Source: Octopus vulgaris | Taxonomy: Eukaryota | DNA: 64,000 bases | Direction: 5' to 3' | NCBI GenBank assembly: GCA_951406725.2 | Contig: OX597814.1 | Coordinates: forward strand, 26,784,001-26,848,000 | Shown here: in pieces, positions 13,600-26,385 of the stretch | How the letters are laid out: each line of letters starts with the position of its first letter | How positions within the stretch are numbered: the stretch's first letter is position 1 | Notes under the pieces: model-generated | What the model saw: the letters and a program-made list of their open reading frames with translations, nothing else | Told to the model about the DNA's origin: nothing | The model's database searches: none | Program-made: the position numbers and the translations under genes

Positions 13600-14575
13600 T
13601 TGTTGTGTCTGGAAGAGTCATTCTCTTTTAGTGCCTTATAATTTAGCAGACTCACTGGTAAAGATTCTACTCATTTGCTTATTTATTTTTCTAAAATTTT
13701 CGTTGCATCTTGTAAGCTTTTTAATAGTTGTTGATTCTGTTCATTATCTAAGCTGCATTCTTCTTGTTTGTTTATGTGCATGTGTGTGTGTGTGTGTGTG
13801 TACCTCTGTCTCCTTGTGTGTGTGTGTGCCTCTGTCTCCTTGTGTGTGTGCATGCCTGAGTGTGTGTGTGTGTGTGTGTGTGTTTGGGTTTTTGTGACTA
13901 TGTACTGCGTTTGTATGTATGGATGTGTATCTCCATATGTGTGGATATGTGTATGTGTGGGTGTGTTTCCATACGTGTCCTTGTGTGAAGTGTGTGAGCA
14001 TATGATCATGTGTTTCAGTTTTCATTTGCGTATGTGTGTGTATGTGTGCTTGCCTGTTCATATTACCCATGTACCTATCCGTCTGTATGTCTATCTGTTT
14101 ACATTCATATCTATTTGCCTACATATATACACACACACACCTACATAACAGCCCACTAACTATTCTACCAGTATATAAATATAAATTGTGGGTATGGGGG
14201 TATGATTATCTACAACATATATTTCCTATTTAGTACTAGGGATTTTCATTTAAGAGGACGTACTCCTGTATTTGTCTGAGGGTTGGGTTCTTTGGGTGCT
14301 TGGATAAAATGCGGATGTCAAGTTGACCCAGGTTACCTTGATGTTGGTAGAGTATGGAGGACTGATTTTTGTCATCATATTGTCTCAAATATTCATTTAG
14401 TCTTTCTGCAATGCTGCTAGATGCCTTACCTATGTATGTCCTGTTCATGTCTTTACAAGAACCTTCTATACATCTTATGTTGTAGAACTAGAAATGTAAT
14501 CTACAGCATAAGATGCATAGATGCACTTACATGCAGGCATGCATACATGTATACATACATAGATACATACATACA

Positions 14576-14606
<31 letters not shown>

Positions 14607-14875
14607 GCGCACACACACTGACCCACACACGTGTGCACAAATAAACAAGAAGAACACAGCTTGGATAACGGACAGAGTCAACGACTGTTGAAGAGGTTGC
14701 AAGACGGAATGATAATTTTAGAAAAACAAATACGTAAATGAGTGGAAACTTTACAGGTGAGTGTGTTAAATTATAAGGCACTAAAAGAGAATGACTCTCC
14801 TCAGACACAACAGAATATGCTTCAACATATGAACTCACATAAAGAATCTTGCAAACCAAATCCAAAAACGAAACA

Positions 14876-14880
<5 letters not shown>
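13600..14880. mobile_element. Penelope-like retroelement remnant as a head-to-head inverted duplication
   Basis: Inverted repeats 13600-13780 / 14634-14812; GIY-YIG pieces on both strands diverging from a hairpin at 14466-14520. Confidence 0.75.
14236..14484 (-). pseudogene. GIY-YIG endonuclease fragment (Penelope-like)
   Basis: YNIRCIEGSCKDMNRTYIGKASSSIAERLNEY...LRQIQEYVLLNENP fits YxIxC..C...YIGxT.R.L..Rx.EH...R.I.E; the plus strand at 14481-14522 gives CRTRNVIYSIRCID. Confidence 0.8.
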
Positions 14881-14969
<89 letters not shown>

Positions 14970-14973
<4 letters not shown>

Positions 14974-15372
14974 TGTGTTTGTGTAGGTAAGAACTACACA
15001 GTTTGGGGTTCAATCTCACTTCATGGCACTATTGGTAAATGTTTTCTACTATAGCTGCAGGCCAACCAAAGCTTTGTGAGTGGATTTGATATGCAGAAAC
15101 TGTGTGTGTGTGTGTGTGTCCGTGCATGTTTGTTTCCTTGTCTTGACATCATGGGATAGTTATAAATGTATGTCATTGTCATACAAGTAGAGCCTTTCAT
15201 TTCCAGTTTTCCTTGAAGACATTCAGTTATGGAGAAAAATAACTTGCTTGGAAACAGGTGAGGGTTGACAGCAGGAAGGGTATCTAACAAAGAAAATCTA
15301 CCAAATTAATATCTGTCAAACCCAAGCATGCTTGAAATAGTGGATGCTATAATGATGTGATGATGATGATGT
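14970..15372 (+). mobile_element. Degenerate tRNA-derived SINE (family A head/body with (GAT)n tail)
   Basis: GGTTCAATCTC B-box and CTACTATAGC...CCAAAGCTTTGTGAGTGGATTTG body as in 38453-38872; ends in GATGATGAT. Confidence 0.75.
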
Positions 15373-15429
15373 TTTCACACACACATACACACACACACAT
15401 GTACACACAGACGCACACACACACAGAGC

Positions 15430-15990
15430 ACTGGCAGGAGTGTTTTTACATGGTTCCAGTACAGGTGCTTTTCCATGGCACCAGGGGTGCTTTTATGTGG
15501 CACCAGCATTGGTACTTTTTATGTGGCACTAGCATGGTGTTTTTAATGTGACACCAACACAGGTGGTTTTTACGTGGGGCCAGCATGGGTGCTTTTAAAT
15601 GACACCAACACGGCTGCATTCTATGTGACATTAGCATGGGTGCCTTCTATATGGGACTAGTATGGATGCTTTTTACTTGACATCAGCACAGATGTCTTTT
15701 CGAGGTACCAACATCTTCCAGCCCAGAAAATAAGGACTTTTTGACTGAGGAAGGGAGTTGAAATTGGGGGCATGTAGGTAGGGATGGCCACAATTTTACT
15801 TAACTTGGCATGTCTTCTCAAGCACAGCAAATCGCCTGAGGTCTCAGCCCCTTGTCACCTTCTCAGTGATGTTCAATGTCTGAAGATCCTTTCTCATCAC
15901 TTTGTCCTATATCTTCCTGGGTCTACCCCTTCCACAGGTTCCCTCCACAATTAGAGATTGGCACTTCTTTATGCAGCTCTTCTTAATAAT
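15430..15990 (-). mobile_element. RTE LINE ORF C-terminus plus 3' UTR minisatellite
   Basis: About 15805-15980 translates KSCIKKCQSLIVEGTCGRGRPRKI*DKVMRKDL...AVLEKT (RTE GxRxRGRP motif). Confidence 0.85.
15438..15712. repeat. Degenerate ~26-bp minisatellite, about 11 units (GGGTGCTTTTTAYGTGGCACCAGCAY)
   Basis: Head-to-tail units without unique spacers, inside the RTE 3' UTR. Confidence 0.85.
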
Positions 15991-16042
15991 ACACATAACA
16001 TGATCATATGTATATATATATGAGTGTGCATATATGTATGTA

Positions 16043-16947
16043 TTAGCTGACGTACCCGGTAATTCTCGGGAAAGTGGGGCTTATCCCTTGGTTCCATTCT
16101 CATAATTATTTTGCTAATCCAATAACAACAATACAATGTATGTAGCCCTTATTACAGTTTTTGTGCATTTACAGAGGATACCAAACTGTCTTACACAGGA
16201 TCTTATTTTTAGCAATTCCCAATAAGTTATGAATAACCAAATTGTGAAATTAGTTATGTAATAACATGAAATTAGTTGCCCAATAGTAAGAATTCAAATA
16301 AAGTAACCCCAAAAAGGGCTTTAATGCTTTCCCAGAGTATATTGAACTTAAGAGGAACCCCTAATAAGGTATGTATAATAAAATTGTGAAACATGTTACA
16401 CAATAACAGGCTAATAAGATATGAGATAACAATTCAAAGTAAATAACTCTGAAAAGGACTTTTATGCATTCCCAGAGAATATTACCCTCAGTAGCTCTAG
16501 TATTGGTATATTCATGAATAAGTCACTAACCGAAATAAGTGGATCTATCGTTTAGGAAAATACTATTTACTTGTTTAAGCGCTGTACTGGATAAATTGCA
16601 AAAATAACTCTAACAGTTCAAATACAAAGAAATAAGCATACTCAATTTAATTTATACCAAATAATTTAGGAAAATGAATGGGTTATTTCCCTTGACTTTT
16701 AAAATCTGGGCAAATGGGTTATTTTCCTTGGCTGTTAAAATGAAATATATTAGATATATATAAGGATCACTTCCAGGGGCCATATTATTGATTTTTTTTT
16801 CAACAATCTGAGTATGCTATGAGGTTTCCAGTCATGAGTTCTGCTCACATGCCAAGTTTCATCAAAATCGATAAAACGATGTAGGAGGAGTTAGCTAACA
16901 ACTCCACAAACACACACACAGACAGAATTTCCCACATATGTAGTAGA
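16043..16947 (-). mobile_element. Non-autonomous Helitron, copy 1 (905 bp)
   Basis: Minus strand: A|TCTACTA 5' end, CTGT/GT microsatellite near the 5' end, subterminal GC hairpin CCCGAGAATTACCGGG, 3' end CTAA|T (CTRR), no TSD; second copy at 32197-33047. Confidence 0.88.
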
Positions 16948-17199
16948 TGTATGCACACACACAACTAACACATACCTCTGTGTCTGTTTATTATCTTTTA
17001 CCTTACTTTAAATTTACTTTTTGATCAATGATGATGTTTAGTTCCTCTCTAGAAAGAAGAACATTATTCTGGAATGCTATAGGAAGAGGGAAATATGTAA
17101 ATCTAGAAACACAGATATCAAACTCTACCAACAAAGTAACACCAGACAGATGAGGATACTTATCACTACTCTACTGAGTCAATATGAAAACCTTTATGT

Positions 17200-17365
17200 A
17201 ATTGCTCAGTCTGCTAGAAATAGCTGCCAAATCTCTCTCAAATCCTTTTCTGTCATCTTATATAAGTAAAGGAGTCGTTTGATTATGTAGTCCTATATAC
17301 TTCTTAAAAGAGGAGATTGCCATAGCTGATTGCTCTATTAAGGTTGACCTGAGGCTAAACAACAT
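17200..17365 (+). mobile_element. SINE 3' tail (family C)
   Basis: CTGCTAGAAATAGCTGCCAAATCTCTCTCAAATC...GACCTGAGGCTAAACAAC, recurrent in the window. Confidence 0.65.
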
Positions 17366-18979
17366 TCCCATGATTTTCTCCTTCAGTCATATAAGAACTA
17401 CCATTGAAATTGCTTCATCTAGTTGATTAGACCATCCATAAGGGATCTAGTGGATAAGAATATTGTTATTCTTAATCTAAGAACAATGAACAATAGTGTC
17501 ATTTTTGCACACATCCAAGGAATACGTTATTTGATGAGAATGAATGATCAAAATAAATCAAATCTTAGTGTTGGAGTAACTATTGTAATACATACTAAAA
17601 GATAAGGTTATTATTTCAGAAAAATTAAAATCATCTCAGACATTTAGAGACCAAGCAGGTTTTGAAACATCAATGGATATCAAAAATCTATTGTTCCGAA
17701 CAAAATATAAAGAAGTAATAAGTAAACTTGGAAAACCATTAATAATAAAACATGTTAAAATGAAACATAGGTGTGTTTTCAATAGCGTGTGTGAGATGGG
17801 TGTATATTGAAGGCCTGCTACTACAATACTTCTTCACTGCACATAACATAGTAAAATGTCATTTAAAGCTTACATGCCTCTTATTCTTTCTTGCTATTAT
17901 TCTCAATCTTTTACCTTCTCTCTTTGATATGTCATTGCTTTTCTATATCTATTTCACTTCCTTTTCCGGCAATTAACTCCCTCCCATATACTCTGTTGTT
18001 GCTGTTATTATCAACCACTATCCTTCTCTATCACTTATCTATGTGTACTCCTTCTCTCTCACACATCTCTCTTATCTATCTTCATCTTTTATATAATAAT
18101 TATCACTTTCTCCCCAACTCTTTTCCCTTGTTTTATTCCCACTTTTGTTTTCTCAACTCACCCCCTCAGTCTCTCCTGAGTTTTTCAAGGTTCATCCGTT
18201 CATCCTATTCTGCTACTACATTTTTCTCAATTGTAAACCACCCTACTTCACATAACCTTCTTCCTCCCACATCTCCACACTCCCACAAGAGAAAATTCAC
18301 TTATATATCTGTCATAATACTTTATCTATTGATTGATATTTTTGCAGCACACAGATCAATCGTTGACAATTTCTAATGCATTAGCTAGCTGCATCACACC
18401 AACCCTACCTCAATTTTATAATTTCTTTTTTTATAATGGAATTATTCTTTTCTTGCTATAGTTTCCAGTAATTCACTATAAACACCGGATACAGGCACAT
18501 TAGTTGTTGCAATCTACAGTTTTCTTTCTATATCTTTTCTTTTATTTTTTACTCTTTACTTCACAGAAATAGAAGTTTTTACCCCCCTCCTTTTCTTTTT
18601 TACTTCGACTCACTTTGTTTATTTATGCCAACATTTTTTCTCCTTTCACTTTTATTTCACCTTATCATGATTATTTCTTAGCAAAGTTAATGTCACTTGT
18701 AGAAACAGAACTGCAGCATTGCTGATAGTTGTTGTTTAGTTGCTTTCATTTCATTCCACTAATTAAACTAACTTTGTGTTGCATATGCACATCTATGTGT
18801 ATGTGCTTGAATCTCTGTGTGTGTATGAGTGAAAGAGAAAGAGAGATAGAGCATGCTTCATACACTTCTCCCTCGTGTGTCTTACAAAGTAGAAAAATAC
18901 TACTCCACATGTATTTTAATAACATTTACTTCACCTTTCTAAGTTTTTTTTTTAATGACTTTTGTTTGTGCATATGTGG

Positions 18980-19027
18980 GTAGATAGACAGAGAGATGGA
19001 TGGATGGATAGATAGATAGATAGATCA

Positions 19028-19103
<76 letters not shown>

Positions 19104-19107
19104 GTAG
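18980..19107. repeat. (GATA)n microsatellite
   Basis: Seen directly. Confidence 0.97.
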
Positions 19108-19515
19108 AGAGTGAAAAAGAGATTTACACACATACATACTCAGAGCAACAACAACATTTATATACACATATACATGTGTGTGTGTGTGTGTATTTATACG
19201 CACACGTTCATATAATTCATTCAGATACACACATGCATAAGTGTACATACTCATGAACACATTTTGGATACATACATAGAGACATATTTATACATATATA
19301 CATATGTGTGTGTATGTGTTTATATATGTACACACACATACGCATATTTATTCATTGCATTCATCATGACAATATCCTCCATTTTTTTGTTCTTCCCTTA
19401 TTCTTTATGATCATGTTTTTTTCAGGGGAGGATGTTTTTTGTTTTATTTATTTTTGTTTGTGATTGCTGTTTTAGTTTCATCTTGCTTGTTGTATTTATT
19501 CTTCAAAGATAGTCC

Positions 19516-19621
19516 TTAATTTCCTGACAAAATGCTGGAAGGTTCTGAAGAAGGCCACGCAACAGGAAACACAATATGTAAAAGAGTCACATTTGTTTCT
19601 TTTACTGTTGCATTAGAAATG
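19516..19621 (-). CDS. Candidate terminal exon (phase 2: ISNATVKETNVTLLHIVFPVAWPSSEPSSILSGN*; phase 1: xFLMQQ*)
   Basis: Very strong acceptor TTTTCATTTTCTTTCACTTTTCTTTTCTTTTAG|; AATAAA on the minus strand at 19500-19495. Confidence 0.4.
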
Positions 19622-19691
19622 CTAAAAGAAAAGAAAGTGAAAGAAAATGAAAATTTTTGGAGAAAAAAATAAAAAATTCTTCTTTGATACT

Positions 19692-19810
19692 TTATAAACC
19701 ATTGGAAAACATTTCAGTTTTTTCTAAAACCATTTCTACTTCTTCTGCATACATTTTTACTGCACATGTTTTAGATAGAAGTTTAGTTGGAACTGTAGGA
19801 GTGAATTCAT
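19692..19810 (-). CDS. Candidate alternative terminal exon, phase 1: (D)EFTPTVPTKLLSKTCAVKMYAEEVEMVLEKTEMFSNGL*
   Basis: Strong acceptor TTTTGCCATATTTTGCAG|; 38 open codons with protein-like composition; phase-compatible with the 37178 donor. Confidence 0.5.
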
Positions 19811-21177
19811 CTGCAAAATATGGCAAAATACAACAAAATTGGTTTTGTATAAATATCTGATCTTGTAGAATCTGAACTACATATCTTCACTCTGAACTAT
19901 CAGAATTCTAAGTATTTTGTGTTGTAGGGGAGGGAGCACTATGAAATGTTTCAACTCACTGTTTAAACTATTTTTAATAATTTTAATCCCAATTTTTCTT
20001 TTTCGTTGTTTGTGTTATAAAACTTGTGTTGGTGATATTTTTAATATATTTTTTGTTCTTGTTAAATTTCTGCTTGTTTTGACATTTTGTGAAGCATGCC
20101 ATTTCACTTTTCTTACTGAAATCTTTACCTATTTTGTTTACACACACACGCACATGCACACACACACACACATGCACATACACATGCACACACACACACA
20201 CAATCATGACAAGTAATTGAAAATTGAAACAGACATTTGTATTTTGTACAAATATATTGAAACAAACACTTTATCACACTAAACTTTGAATGTGTCTGAG
20301 ATGAAGACAAATATGAAAAACAAAACTGAATTAAAACCAAAATGTATAAGTGAAATGTCAAAGAGATTGAGATATCTGTCTAAATTTAGCAAACTAAATA
20401 CAAATATTTCTGGAAAATTATAGTATTATGACCAAGTTAAATATAAAATATATATCAAAACTTATAACTGTATTTGAAATAGCTTACCTTCATAAAAATG
20501 TAGTACATGGTGGTTAAAAATATTTTTTAACGAAAATGACATTTATATCTGCTTTTCCATTTTGGCATGGATCTTACATTCAACCTCACTATAAGATGGA
20601 CCTAATGGTTAAATCAATTTGTCTCTCATTAGAATTAGAATGTAGTACAACTTGTTTAGGTTCATGTAGTTCAACTGGTTCATCATGAATTCATTTGTTC
20701 TGTTAGTCAGTGCCTATTTATAAAAAGATGTGTTGAGCTAGAGCATTCACCCATTTATAATTTCAGTACATGAAGTATAGATATTTATGTAAATGTATAT
20801 ATATACGCATATACATATACACACATGTAAATGATCCAGTTGATAAGAAGACAAAGAAAATTCTTTAATAATCTTTAATGATTTGTTACAATTTTTTCTG
20901 TACCAACTCTATTTGCAACATTTCGAAGTGAAAATTTATGTAATGATTGCTGCTTTAGACATTAGAGAGGCACTTTAGACATTAGAGAGACTTGCATCAA
21001 AGGTATGCTATTACATTGTGTCTTCCAGGCCTTGTTTTTGCCTTATATTGGGAGGAAACCAAACAAAAAAAGAAAGTAAAGTGTGGATATGGAATGAATA
21101 AGTGGGTAGAGATCAGGGTGAGGGAATCAAGAGGAAGGAGACACAGAATATGAAAGTGAAGAAGAAGAAGAAGAAGA

Positions 21178-21209
<32 letters not shown>

Positions 21210-21349
21210 CATACATATATATCTGTGTATATGTATGTTGGTATGTGTGTATGTATATATATATATATCTGTGTGTTTGTATGAATAGATCAAAACAATT
21301 TGATTCAAATTCAATGGTGTCAAGTATGATGCTAGTCATATATATATAC

Positions 21350-21592
21350 TGGTATTTTTATATAAGCTTAAAGCTTATGGTGATCACTGTGCAATGACTT
21401 AGGAAAATAGTCTAATAAAAGGGGCATCCTCAACAGAAAAAAGAAGGTTTCCCAATCCGTGCGGGAGGAAAGCCCACACGGATAGACAAGCGTTCTTTTT
21501 ATCTGTCAAGGGCTTACATGCCCCTTTATTAGACTATTTTCCTTAGTCATTGCATGGTGATCACCGAAAGCTTAGCTTATATAAAACTACCA
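21350..21592. mobile_element. 243-bp palindromic (fold-back) element, MITE-like
   Basis: Arms complementary from TGGTATTTTTATATAAGCT / AGCTTATATAAAACTACCA inward to a ~7-nt loop at about 21466-21472. Confidence 0.85.
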
Positions 21593-21646
21593 TTATTATT
21601 ATTTACAAGATTGTAAACTCAGCACCGTATAAAAAACCATTTGCAC

Positions 21647-21763
<117 letters not shown>

Positions 21764-22189
21764 AAAAATATAAGCTACCCAGGTATCGGTTATCTTTCGA
21801 ATTATCCTTAATAAGATAATTCATTCAACTACTTATATATATATGCCATTAACGTTTTTGTATTGTCTGTGTTGAAGACAAACATAAAGGCACACACACA
21901 CATCAAAAATAAAAAAGTATTAGTGAAATATCAAATTGATTTAGGTTTTAAATTAAGTAAACTAAAATGTAATGTTATCACAGGAAATTTATAGTATAAT
22001 GACTGATTCAATTCATGACATATTTCAAAACTTTGTATTTGGTAAGTGAGAGACTTTCATGCAGCTACTCCACTACATCAAATAAACTAATATCATTTGG
22101 TGTGATATAGGTTCAACTATGCTTTTATGCGATAAAATTTTCAAACATTATTTGTGTCAATATCTAATCCATTGACTCCCTTACAATTT

Positions 22190-22685
22190 CATCATCATTA
22201 TCATCATTATTTTAACATCCACTTTTCTATGCATGCATGGGTCAGACACAAATTGGTTGATACAAATTTTTCTGGACAGATGGCTTTCTTGTTACCAACC
22301 TTCACTTGTTTCCATGCAAGGTACTATTTGCCTATGACTGAAAATGTTTTCACAGAAGATTAGAAATAAGTGACATCATTTCTTGATAGTGAGACTCTTC
22401 ATTTACAACTATCACACAAATTCAACACAAGAAACCACAAGCAACACATACTCAGACTTCAGTCTTGCCAGCTCCTGTCAAACTATCCAACTCATGACAG
22501 CAGGGAAAGAGGAAATTGATGATGATGATTGATGGGCTTCTTTCAGTTTCCATCTACTAAATTTCCTTTTAAGGCTTTGGTTGGCCCAAAGCTTTAGTGG
22601 AAAGCATTTGACCAAGGTGGAACTGGACCAATAATCACATGGTTAGGAAACAAATTTCTGAACCCCACAGCCATGACTGTGCCTA
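22190..22685 (-). mobile_element. Degenerate SINE family A with a short opposite-strand RTE-tail piece inside (~22460-22530)
   Basis: GGGCTTCTTTCAGTTTCCATCTACTAAAT...AAGGCTTTGGTTGGCCC...CCACAGCCATGACTGTGCCT is the reverse complement of the family A head/body. Confidence 0.75.
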
Positions 22686-25600
22686 TTTGTAGGAGGATAC
22701 TAAACAGTTGCAGCCCCTATAACACCAAGCTACTACAGTATCTAAAAAAAATGAATAAACTCATCTGAAGAAACTAGTGAAGATGAAAACCAACTGAAAA
22801 AAAAAAGCACTTAAATTTTTGAAGTGTAAGACATCTTATTTTCAAATTGAATAGTCTTATTTTGATATGATACATATAATAATCTTATTTAGAAAAAAAC
22901 CCACAATTTCATGATTTGAATGATACAGATTGGAACAGAAAATCATTAGTCTCAACAGTTTAGTTTAGACCCTGGTTTCAAAACCTTAATAAATCATCAA
23001 TCACCAAACACATACCCAATGAAAGCAACTATTGTGTCCTAATTACACAAACATATTGCAAGAATCAAATTCCAGACTACACTAATATTGTATAAAAGTA
23101 TTCAAAGTTTACCCAAAATGCAAAAAATTCAATTTATCATGATGAATTGAATATATTTCAAAATGACAAAATTTGAAAATATTGCGTATATAAAGTTTAT
23201 AATTTCTACTTTTATACTCTGCTTATCAATCAATTGAACTTTTTGTAGCATTATGGTAAATTATGTCTGAGAAAATAAAAATTACAAATAAAGATATAAT
23301 TTTATTTACACATATATTTTCTTCCATGTATTTTCAATAGTAAATTAGAGTTATAAACAAAATTAATTTAGGAAGACTAGAGATAATAATTTTAAACTTT
23401 CTTGCAAAATATTATTTTCTTCTAAAAGAAACTTTGTTAGCTAAATGTAAGAAGAAAATATGTAGAATATTATGCTATACCACTTGTAGAAATAGTGTTA
23501 AACCACTTTCTCTTTTAACATATAGCACATAGGAACTAATATGAATAATGGATACTTCTCACAATTTTTGCATTTAAAGCTCTTAAGAACTGAAAGTTAA
23601 CAGGCAGACATAAGTAAAGATCCTCCTACTTTCAATAGAGAAACCTCATAATGGAATACCATATATAATATGCCTGAAGATATCAAGGTATCATACAATG
23701 CATTTCACATAAAGAAGACTATGTTGTATGAACACCACAGTTGATATATAAATGGAAAAATAGCAGTCTGCCTGACAGTTTACTAATGTTCCACACTTGT
23801 GTTCCATGTATAATTAATAGCTTTTAACATTATTGAACTATTGATGGAAGCATCAGCTGACAAAAGACTTAATTACAAGCAACTATGCATTTCAACAAAA
23901 AATACTTATAAAGTTACTAACTCGTGATATTATATGCATTCATTCACTTTACATCATCTCGTATGTGCATGTGTATATGTGTGTATGCACGTGTATGTGA
24001 GTGTGCATGCATATACACATGCATTGCAAATATACTTAAAGACACTGCCTCAATCTCTTTGTGTAAGATACCTCTATATAATTCAGGCATATATTTCTTT
24101 TTAAATATCAGGCTAAATTTACATATAAAGATCTGTCCATTAAAATTTGAAGTTATGCAAAGAAATAAATATGAAAAACACGATATTCAAAAACAAGAAA
24201 TAACTATACATTAAAAAGTTTATACATGTTAGGTTTACAGATAAATGTGAAACTTCAGAAAATTCAATACAAATCACACAAGTTGATATATAACATTGAA
24301 GAACCTTTTAAGTAAAATTAACTGCAACCTTTCCTTTCAACAGATCATTTCTCTTCTACAATTGTACTCCCATAATTACTATGGCCTTATTTCAGATTTT
24401 CAGATTTCTTCCACCTTGCACATTAAATTCGCTTCAGTAAATTGCTACCCTTCAAAGAAAATTGCTACTCCTAACTTGTGCTTCACATAAATAACAATCA
24501 CCATTTACATCTTAAGACTAAGATCTTTATTGATCTTTTCTAGAAATTATACATCCTAAACACAGTAAAACTGCTTTATTTTTGTGCTGTCCTTTATCTA
24601 TGAGTCACTTTACTAACCCATTTCTTTTATTGACTGATAAACTTGTAATATTTTCCCTGCTAAAGACTGGCCTACAATGCCAGTTCAATGGATGGTCAGC
24701 AGCAACCACATCCCAAATTTTGAAAAGGCAGCCAAATAAGAATGTTATTGTTTTCCATATGTTGTTGCAGTCTTCTGTTGTAGATATTTGCCTGATGGTC
24801 ATATTACACTTTTATCACACATTAAAAGTTAACTAACAAATTAAAGTTTAATATTTAAAAAAATGCTAACCTAAATTTAATATCAAAACCATAATGATAA
24901 TATTCAACAATATCCACTTTCTCAAAATAAAACATGTACATCAGTTCTAGATTCCAAATCTGCACATATTTTTAAGTAACCTAACAGAAAGTGAACAAGC
25001 ATACTTAATTTAGTGTTTGCTACATAGTGTTTTCCCTGACTTGACAATTAATAAACATAGAGACTTTTCTTAAACTGGATAGTTTCCTTGTTTTTAGGTA
25101 TCAGCAAGAAAAAGAAATACATTGATATATCAAAGCATTTAGTTATAAAAATGAAAAATATCAAAACACTTAGAAGAAGAATCAGGAATATGCACAATGA
25201 TATTTACATTGAACAGTGTTTTAATGCCAAAATGACTACAACCAATATCATATTAATTAGAATCATAGCATCTTTCACATTCTAAGGCATATCTTCAAAT
25301 TCAGAATGGCAGGCTTATTTCATATTAGATTTTTTAATGTTTATAGTATAACTGTCAGCATAAATTTAACTGTTATTTTTCATGTGTGTCATATAATATA
25401 GTGTCTAAAATATTCTAAAGTTTTCTTCCCTGACAAAGTCTAATAGGGTTGGGATATGTCCAGAGTTGTCTCTTGAACTGTTCAGAATAATTAAAATAAT
25501 TATTAGTCATTAGCTTTACTGCACATTATTTCAAACTTTCTGTTTTTGTTTTTTTTGACATTAGATATGCTGAGACTAATTTTTTGCTTCATAGACCACT

Positions 25601-26006
25601 TTTCTTTTTTCCTCCTTTTTTCATAGTTATTCATATTAATCTTTAATTTCCTGAAATAATGTATATTTAATGGTCAGAACACTTAACTAAGGTACACTTT
25701 TAATTAGGCTAAGATACTCTATTAATAAGACAAATTACTTGATTCAAGGATTTCGTCTTTATTTAGCTACTTTGCCAGCTCTTCATTTTTGTTTATGGTC
25801 TCTAAGTGAAAAATTTTATAAATGTTTGACTCTCATAAGGATAGCATAAATTCACTACGTTATTCAATTTTTCTCAACCAGTCATTGGACCAATTAAGTA
25901 AACCAATCAACAATCGAACCTATAATGACTTATCAGAAAGAACTATATGTCAAATTTTCTACAGTAAAAGAATATATAATGACCATTATTTATTTATACC
26001 ATGTCT

Positions 26007-26038
<32 letters not shown>

Positions 26039-26074
26039 CTGTGTACACACACACATACACACACATATACATAT

Positions 26075-26385
26075 AGGCCCCCACTTAGGGATTGCACCAA
26101 GAGAGTTACCCTCCAGGGCACAAGTCTCAACAAGGTTGTTTATAGAAAACCAGCAGTCACCCATGCATATCAGCCTCCCCTTTCCATGCCACCAATGTCA
26201 ACTAAGGCAAAAGCAAAGACAGATACAGCTTGGCACCAGTGATGTCGAAACTCATTTCTACAGCTGATTGAACTGGAGCAATGTGAAATAAAGTGTCTTC
26301 CTCAAGGACACAACACACATCCCAGTCTGAGAACCAAACTCACTACCACATGATTCTGAGTCCAATGCTCTAACTACCGAGTCAT
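26075..26385 (-). mobile_element. tRNA-derived SINE with CORE-like domain (family D)
   Basis: Minus strand: TGACTCGGTAGTTAGAGCATTGGACTC (A-box region), then TGTGTCCTTGAGGAAGACACTTTATTTCACATTGCTCCAGT (CORE-like). Confidence 0.7.

Noticed and set aside
14770-14812. Hammerhead ribozyme in the Penelope-like arm (CTGAGGA on the minus strand)
   Set aside because: No GAAA after the putative stem II, and it lies antisense to the element; an Infernal search on the family consensus would settle it.
15438-15712. CRISPR-like array
   Set aside because: Units are degenerate and head-to-tail with no unique spacers, there are no cas genes, and the array lies within an RTE LINE 3' UTR in eukaryotic DNA.
17891-18376. 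161-aa ORF
   Set aside because: C/T-skewed low-complexity DNA giving an L/S/F/P-rich translation; no recognisable motif or splice context.
20488-20542. Exon with strong minus-strand donor AAG|GTAAGC (MSFSLKNIFNHHVLHFYE)
   Set aside because: No polypyrimidine acceptor and an in-frame stop immediately before the ATG; not supportable as an internal exon.
24605-24802. 65-aa minus-strand ORF as an exon
   Set aside because: No polypyrimidine tract before the candidate AG and no recognisable motif.
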